From NCBI GenBank assembly GCA_964035545.1, contig OZ037772.1:11282818-11346817 (forward strand): a stretch of DNA of 64,000 nucleotides, read 5' to 3'. This DNA is from Bugula neritina. Taxonomy: Eukaryota; Animalia; Bryozoa. Numbering within the stretch: the first letter of the stretch is position 1; every line of letters begins with the position of its first letter. Below, piece by piece: positions 56,601 to 64,000 of the stretch. The translations under genes were made by a program, and so were the position numbers. Under the pieces are notes generated by a model. It worked only from the letters and a program-made list of their open reading frames with translations. It was not told the origin of the DNA and made no database searches.

Positions 56601-57980
56601 GAGATGATTATTGATTATTATGTATTCAGCTATATCTAAAAGTTTGAGAAATTAAAAGCAGTTGTTTTTCAAAAAATATTATATTAAACTATTTCACTTT
56701 GTCTCGACAGACAAATTAATTGTATTTTAATTTTTCCAATATAGTACCGGGTTTCACTGTTACCGAAGTACGTAACTTCTTTTCTAGGCTACAAGAGCAG
56801 CAAATGTGCTGACTCTGCAGAAACTGCTGCCTCTATGGCCACAGAAGAGCTGTTTGATTTGCTGATCAGACTCAAGTTCATCGACTCCGATTCTCTCCAC
56901 CATAAACCAGTTCTCGCAACTCGCCCTCCGGGTGGGTAGCAGACGTCTCTTAGTTAACTACAGTATAGACTGAGTTTTATACTGCTTGGACTCATTGTAT
57001 ACACTTAGTTCCATGTTTTTAGTTGACTCTGTAGACAGTTGTGCTACAATTCAGTTCATAGGCTAAGTTCCATCTTATTTTAGTTGATTGCATGGACCGA
57101 GTCCCGTCTTGCAAACAAAGAATAGAGAAATTCAACCACTGTCAACCAAACTCACCGTTTTTCCACTGGATGCACGAGAATTGCTACAGCTCTTGCGCGT
57201 AAGTTCTTTATGTTCTTTAGAAAAGAGAGAAGTTCAGTAAACTTACAGAAGAACAGCAAATAAATTCACATACTTCTCCGGCTTCTATTTTCGACATAGT
57301 TCATCTAAACTCCCAATTATTTAGACTCAATTAAAACAGTGTCAGTCAAAAGAACACATTCCACACTTGTTATATCTGTGTCTTTTACTCAGTTATTCTT
57401 TCCTGGTGCATTGCTTTGCACTTTCCTAAAATAAATCCAATAAAAAAACTCATGCAATTTTATAGTCGCCATCCCTGTGAGAACCTCTGATAGAAAGAGA
57501 TTTTTTTTAATAGTGGGCTAAAGACTTATTCATACATATGTGGCACAGGAGCAATTATGACTCGACGCCCTTCCTAACATATCCAGTGGCCTTTACTGGG
57601 GATTGAACCCAAGACTTGGTGTTTACTAAGCAAACGCTCCAACTCCTATACCACTGCAACTCCTTAAAATAAATTCAATAAAGTTTATAGCTATTTCTCT
57701 TACCTTTAGATCTGGTGGTATGAGATTTGATAATAGGGAAATCTTCTTATTGAATATTTCTAGCAAAAGTATAATATGCTCCTTACACACGACATGCAGC
57801 AACAGTTATTGGCCTAACCCCTTGGAATACTCAGTCTCTTCAGCCATTTCTATGACAAGCTCTTTTCTGTTTTGTAGAGGTTGTAAGTCCATCGAATTTC
57901 TTAAGGGGCTTTTCCAACAGCAGGCAAATCAGGCAATCAGTGACAAGCAGGCAGCTGCTGGCAGCAACCCAACTGCTTAA
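53614..57980 (+). CDS. Secreted prepro-protein (~212 aa) with ShK (ShKT) domain
   Basis: Exons 53614-53656, 53900-54054, 55897-55975, 56788-56931, 57084-57198, 57878-57980 (639 nt, in phase). Signal MKLAVIVFASLLVAGLA, acidic pro-piece ending KR, ShK CMDRVPSC-x9-C-x13-CYSSCAGC, AATAAA at ~58023. Confidence 0.87.
54061..54660. repeat. 44-bp x ~14 minisatellite starting 6 bp after a donor
   Basis: gacaactccagtgttatacagttgaagtgaattctcattgaggt. Confidence 0.96.
55395..55727. mobile_element. hAT-type MITE (family B)
   Basis: TIRs CAGGGCTGTCCAACA / TGTTGGACACCCCTG; perfect 8-bp TSD ctatatat. Confidence 0.92.
56045..56260 (-). mobile_element. SINE family A copy (reverse)
   Basis: Reverse complement of family A; TSD tcctaactgcagtat. 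Confidence 0.9.
57445..57664 (-). mobile_element. SINE family A copy (reverse, diverged)
   Basis: Reverse complement of family A; TSD taaaataaat(c/t)caataaa. Confidence 0.8.
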
Positions 57981-59336
57981 TCGACAGCGCTGTTTAGTAT
58001 CTTTATACTTCACATGTGAACTAATAAATAAATAAATGACATAAAACTATTTGATTTCAGTATCAAACAGAGTATGTCTGCTGTCTAAGACAGTCAACAC
58101 TGAATTGAACTAACAACAAAGTATATTCTACATATCTCAACTATCTACTCTAAATATGTATTGCATAGAATCTACATAACATCTAGAGTTTGATATACCT
58201 GCATGAGTACTTATAGAGTAGTTGTCTGATTTATACAGAATAGATAACTGAGAAAGCTAGCAAACAGCTTGCACATAGCTCATAGATTGACTAGCTTTAC
58301 TATATTCTGACAGGTGAGAGTGGCTATTTTGATTTAAAGGGACTTTGAAACCAAATAGTTAGAGTTGACAACTCCCACTTACATGTACATTTTTCACAGC
58401 TTATTCAAGCATTATGTCTTTCCAAATTCACGGATTACTATTTTAAATCAGTAACAGGCATCTTATATATTAGGATATAGGTATGCAGTTTTCCAGACCA
58501 GTAAGAAGCAGGTGAATTAACAAATTACTCCAAACATGCCATCAATTTTAAATTATAGCTTCATTTATATATAAATTTAATTGACCATTACCACAACAGA
58601 GTGACTTTCTTCATTGCGTTGACAACTATCCAGCTGAGACAAATGTAGGTTATCTATACACATAATAAATGTGTACAAGGTCTAGAGAAAGATACAAGCT
58701 AGATATAGTTTTCAGTACATATCTTGTATTACATGCAATCAACACGACTTTCGAAATCAATGCACAATTTACGAGCTTCAATTTCAGTTCATTTGAAGCA
58801 GTCCGAAATAATAGTGTGTTTTCATTAAATAATTCATTTATTTCCAAAAAAAACAGTTTTAATAAAATATCCATATTTTGGTCCAACACCATAAAACATA
58901 TAAAATACACTTTTACTAATACATAAATAAACGTGTGCAAATAAATAGTACGGTATAAAAGAACAAATAAGCACCAATTGAGGAAAAGTATATACTTCCA
59001 GCACAAACTAATGCGTATAGTGATAAAACGGTAAGTATAAGTCATGTATATAGACTGACCAATCAAAAGACAGGAATATATTCACCTCAACCCATGCCAA
59101 GGTTCAGCCTGACTTATGGGCACCCAACTCTAAAGACTACCATACAAGCCTTCAATAGAACAATTTTTGAAAAAGGAATGCTTGTAATTGTATTGTGTGC
59201 TGAAATAATCATCAGCATATTGTTGCTGAATAGAGAGATCAAAAAAGTTTAGAATAAAATTAGAATAAAATTATAGACTAAAATTGGTTTCAGGTGCGGC
59301 TACATTGCGGACACATACACCTCCACCCGACTAGAG

Positions 59337-62300
59337 TTAATAGATGGGCTTATAGCCGTGTTTGTCTGCGACAGCGAGAGAGGCAGACTTCCTGGATCGT
59401 AGGTATAGTCTTTGTCGTATGACCACACAGTAGAAGATGAGAGCTATGACCAGAGCTGAGCCTATGTATATGATATAGCAGAGAGATATGTCTACTATGT
59501 TGAGACCCGCATTGCCTTTCCAACCATTGTGTAAGGAGCTGAGTCTAGTGCTGTTGGAAACCGGCCATTTGTTCTTCACTTCCGTGTATAGAGAATGGAG
59601 GAAGTGATAGACCTGAAACAGATGTACAGCAGCCAACTATGAAGAGGGCCAAACGAGTGAATTTGGAAACTGACAGTTCTAGAAAATGCCTTGAAAGCCC
59701 TAGTAATTAATCAAAGCTGTCCCAATAAGAAGGGGGGGGGGCGAGATACCCCCAAGAACAAAGTAATTCATTTCACTATAAAATCACTCATCGCATCACT
59801 TCTAACCAAGCAAGGAGAGCCAACAACCAATGACAGCACTATAATCTCACCATGTCCTCGTTCCACATGCCTCTAGGAGTTCGGCACTTGTCACACGACA
59901 CCTGATCTGGGAACTGCACTTTACGGTGTGACGGGTCTTCACCAGCCGCCCCTGCTAATCGCTTGTTCACCTGGAATTGTGGGAAGGTGCAGTGAAGAAG
60001 AGTATGGCTTTACAGACTAATAAATGCTGCAGATTATACCTTACAGTGACTACTACCTGCAGATTATACCTTACAGCGACTACTAGCTGCAGATTATACC
60101 TTACAGTGACTACTACCTGCAGATTATACCTTACAGTGACTACTAACTGCAGATTATACCTTACAGTGACTACTAGCTGCAGATTATACCTTACAGTGAC
60201 TACTAGCTGCAGATTATACCTTACAGTGACTACTAGCTGCAGATTATACCTTACAGTGACTACTAGCTGCAGATTATACCTTACAGTGACTACTAGCTGC
60301 AGATTATACCTTATTATGAGATCTCCACAGCCAGAGCACACACTCCCTGTTTGTTGTAAACTTTGACCCGTCCAGACCCTTTGACATCTCCATAAAGTGT
60401 GTCCTGCAGTCCAGACAGGTGAAGAAATGCGCTACGTAAGACCTCATTGCGGTAAGAACGCTGCAGGAGGGTGGAATGTCTGCTTTCAGTAGAACTGAGT
60501 TGAGATTCTTGGATTTATCTTCTATAACCAACAATAGCATTAGAATAAACACTGCAGGTAAAATAAATGATGGAGCTGTACAACTAAGACGTCTTCATTC
60601 AGAAAATTACTTGATATAATAGAAACATGGTATGAACTGCCCGTACAGAACAGGGTGAAGGTAGAATGTGTATTTCTTGAGATTAGTATGGACTAAGTTA
60701 GCTTATCACATATGAGGAGACAACTCCTGAAATAAATAGTACAAAGTAAGAGACCTGAGGCTGCGATGGACAGAGTGTGGAAGAGAGTCCACAGAGTGCA
60801 TGGATAGCCTCGGTACCTTGCTTCACTTCCCTGACACCCAACCAGCTGCATGTTCTGAGTGACATCTAAGATTCCAGTCTCCTGAAGAGTAAACATAGTG
60901 TTACAGAGAAGAGCTCAGTGAACGACTGAGTAGAGTGAATAGTGACTCTAAAACAATTCAACTGATACTGAATGACTAATATTGAATGACTAATAGTGAG
61001 TGACTGATATTGAATGACTGATAGTGAGTGACTGAGAGTAAGTGAATAACTGGGAGTTAGTAAACCAGTAAGTGAATGAGTCATGGAATACCAGACTTGC
61101 TGACTTTAAGCAGTTTAGTTAAGATTTAGTTTTCATACCACATCTTATTGACAGAGTGACACACAAGCTGATGTAACGAGCTACATGATTGGTTGCACAC
61201 AGTATCCACACACACGTGAACGGCTGATACACAGGAAGTGCTACGAGATACCTTCAGGAGATGAGACCACTTGCTGTTGGAGATATGTCTAGCGCTGCTG
61301 CCTGCGCTGACTTTAGAGTAGAGGAGGGAGAGAGACTCGCTGACTTGTACGTTATTCACCGGGAAATACTACAACAGGAGACAGAGTAGTACTACGAGCT
61401 GAACAGTCGGTAGTCCGAGACACGCGTACAGTTGCCGTGAAAACACCTACTTGCTGGAGAATGAAGAGATAGAGTTGTAGAGACTCCAGTTTGGTTCCTG
61501 TGATGTTTTTATGGCCTCCGATTTCAATATAGAGAGAATATCTGAGAGCGTACAGCAGGTCCTCGTAGAATACGGCTGAGCTGGTGCTAAAATAGCATAT
61601 ATTCACATGCAGAAACAAACACCTGCTCACACTTGTTACGGCATGCATGATTGGCGGATATCGTCCAATAAAACTCAACAACTATAAAAAGTCAGTAGAG
61701 AAAAAACAGGTTAGAATAAACAGAGAGAAAGCGTTTTCTATACTCGAAAACAAGATAGCCTAAAATTCTACAACAAGAAAACTCAAGGTTGGAGGGTTGG
61801 GTCATACAAAGCACATTGTATTGAAGTAACATCAAGTGTAGGTCTGCTATTTTAACCTCTCTCGTGTAAACTCACAGTTGTGTTGGAACTTTATCGGTGC
61901 TGATAGAATTCTTCTCCTTTGGAGGTTTGGTGACAACTGACACTTCTAGTAACCTGTAGAGACATAGCGAGCACTTTATATGACATGGAGAACAGGTGCC
62001 CTTAATACTGGACAACTGAATTCTGAAGTCAGTAGCTAACATTATCTGCCTTCATATGAAATATCCTACAGTGTAGATTTGTTTGATTTCAACAAAACAG
62101 CTAAAGACAGTTGATTCAGAAATAAATTTCCCTCAAAACTAGTCGAGAAATTATAGAGGTATTTCTTTCCTACACTCTCATGTTGTGAAAAAACATTCAA
62201 ACACAATTTAAGATATTATTGTCTAATTTTAAATATTCAGAACTTATAATAGTTGTAAAAATATTGTGGAGAAGCTTTTCAAATTTCATCTTCTTCTATT

Positions 62301-63776
62301 TAAAAACAGTTCAGGACCAAAGTTCGGAAAAGCTAAAGCAATAACTTGAATAAGCACATCCTAGCCCATAATAACACAAAAGAGTTGGGACTAATACAGC
62401 TACTCCACACCAAACCAATCACTGACACATAGAACTTGGGCAATCACTGAACTTGTGTCCAGTGGATGTCCTTGAAACTAGCTGGAAGTACAGGACAGAC
62501 GGACTTACTTGTCAATAGATGCAATGGATTGTGGGTAAATACTCTTGAGCTTGCCGACCACAAACTTGTGCAGGGTGTCATAACTCTGAGTGGAGTTGTA
62601 GGATATCACGTGTTTCTTTGGCTTAGAATCAGCAGTATGCGACGGAATGAACTAGAACACAGAGAGTTAGAGCTTCACTAGTTGAATGAATAAATGGTGG
62701 CGGGGGGTTGGGGGGGGGGTTGGCCCGCCTTGAAAGGTAAATTTAGAATAACTGAACAAAGCTAACTGACAGAAAATGAATTTGGCAACTAAGAAATAGT
62801 TACAGAAACTAAAGAATCTGGTGCACACTCAACACTACTTAACGGCACGGAAAGGCAATAGAACAGAACATGACTGACTACTTAAACTTGTAACTAATTT
62901 CGGTAAAAACAATATCTTGAGGAGGAACTGAAAGCCGGAATACTCACAGTGAGGGTGGGATAAGCCACGATCCCGTGATCTCTGCAGACAGCAGCATTGC
63001 TCTCTTTGGCACAGTTGATGGCAGAGACCTGGACATACTTGGAGAGTCCTGAAGAAGAGATCAGAGTATGAGATAGTGTACAGAGACAGATAGACATAGA
63101 GAGACAGCAGAAGAAGACGGGACACTATAGCACTCACCCTTTAGGTTGGTGGCAGTGGATGTGTATAGTGGAACATAGTCTATGCAGTGTCCACACCATG
63201 ACAGATAGAACAATACCAACCAACAGCTCTCAGAGTTCTGCACCTTTCCATAGAAACTGTCGACCTCCAAGTTAACCACTGGCCCGCCATCTGCAATATC
63301 ACAACGAGGCTGTAAACAAGACAGTCTCTTCATGTTGCATAAAATTTGTAAATACAATAACCATACTGCAACAGTATTAGACTGAGGACCTATTGCTATG
63401 CAGCAAGCCTCAGGCTTACTGTTCCAAGACCATTTATAGCAATTTTTTCTTACTAGAGCACTTAAGAAACATTATAATTATTCAAAATTGTAAGTTTTTT
63501 GTAGCACATTACATAAACTTCTTGTAAATTTATTCAGCGAGATAACAACTTCTAAATATATTAAATATTTCAAAAAACACCAAATACCCATCTACCTACT
63601 AGCTCTTCGTATAAACTGCTTTAATAAATACCTGGATACAGATTGTTGGTGTTTTTAGCACCTGGCGCAGCCGCCAGGCCGCTGATAGACACAAACAGTA
63701 GAAACAGGAGGAGCGTCAGGTGAGAGTTGTAGCGCTGACAACTCCAGCTAGTAGCATAGGATGTAGTATCCACCAT
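59337..63776 (-). CDS. QSOX: Quiescin sulfhydryl oxidase (Trx-Trx-HRR-ERV/ALR, C-terminal TM)
   Basis: Signal peptide and NLYP, Trx FYLSWCGHC, INCAKESNAAVCRDHGIVAYPT, GCQGS..RGYPCTLWTLFHTL, FFTCLDCRTHF, VLWLWRSHNKV, DPSHRKVQFP..CDKC, TM DISLCYIIYIGSALVIALIFY. Start ATG at 63776 is probable. Confidence 0.95.
60027..60312. repeat. 30-bp x ~10 repeat duplicating a QSOX donor
   Basis: ctgcagattataccttacagtgactactag (minus strand AAG|GTATAA). Confidence 0.95.
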
Positions 63777-64000
63777 CTCAGACAGTAACTTATATACTGC
63801 TTCAGCTTTCCACAGCCATTGGATGCTAGAACATAGAACAATGACTTCTAGAGATAGAGCCAATAGCAGAGTAGATAGGTGCAGGTGTGGAGATCTGTTA
63901 GACAACCTGAGTATTACACTATAGTGTGTCATAAGTCATAAATTAGTAGAGATTTCACCTCTGAAGATTGCAGGCAATCTAGTTAACAAAACATCATGTA

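Noticed and set aside
58650-59066. 138-aa minus-strand ORF
   Set aside because: It is AT-rich sequence downstream of the QSOX stop, most likely 3' UTR, with no coding features.

Overview
This is AT-rich, intron-dense animal genomic DNA. It looks invertebrate and probably spiralian, but the taxon is an inference only. Most entries in the supplied ORF track are exon fragments or repeat artefacts. I assembled six spliced genes by hand, checking splice phase across consecutive exons for four of them; TRMT44 and QSOX are only partly resolved. (1) The 5' half of a Cav2-type calcium channel alpha-1 gene (minus strand; N-terminus through IIIS2, running off the left edge). It has two U12 introns (one AT-AC), a GC donor, an apparent ~390-aa N-terminus and candidate alternative first exons. 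(2) A head-to-head, divergent Vav-like DH-PH-C1 protein whose catalytic motifs look decayed. (3) TRMT44. (4) A mucin-like type I membrane protein with a PDZ-binding tail. (5) A secreted prepro-protein with an amphipathic helix, an ALF-like(?) domain and a ShK domain. (6) QSOX. Dispersed repeats are a tRNA-derived SINE with TSDs and hAT-type MITEs, and a Cav2 intron holds a 1.3-kb tandem triplication. The most striking pattern is that about a dozen intronic tandem repeats are built from the exon-intron junction itself. They create arrays of duplicate donors or acceptors, some in frame: the Cav2 IS4-S5 linker, the Cav2 AID, and an 18-codon repeat in the DH protein.
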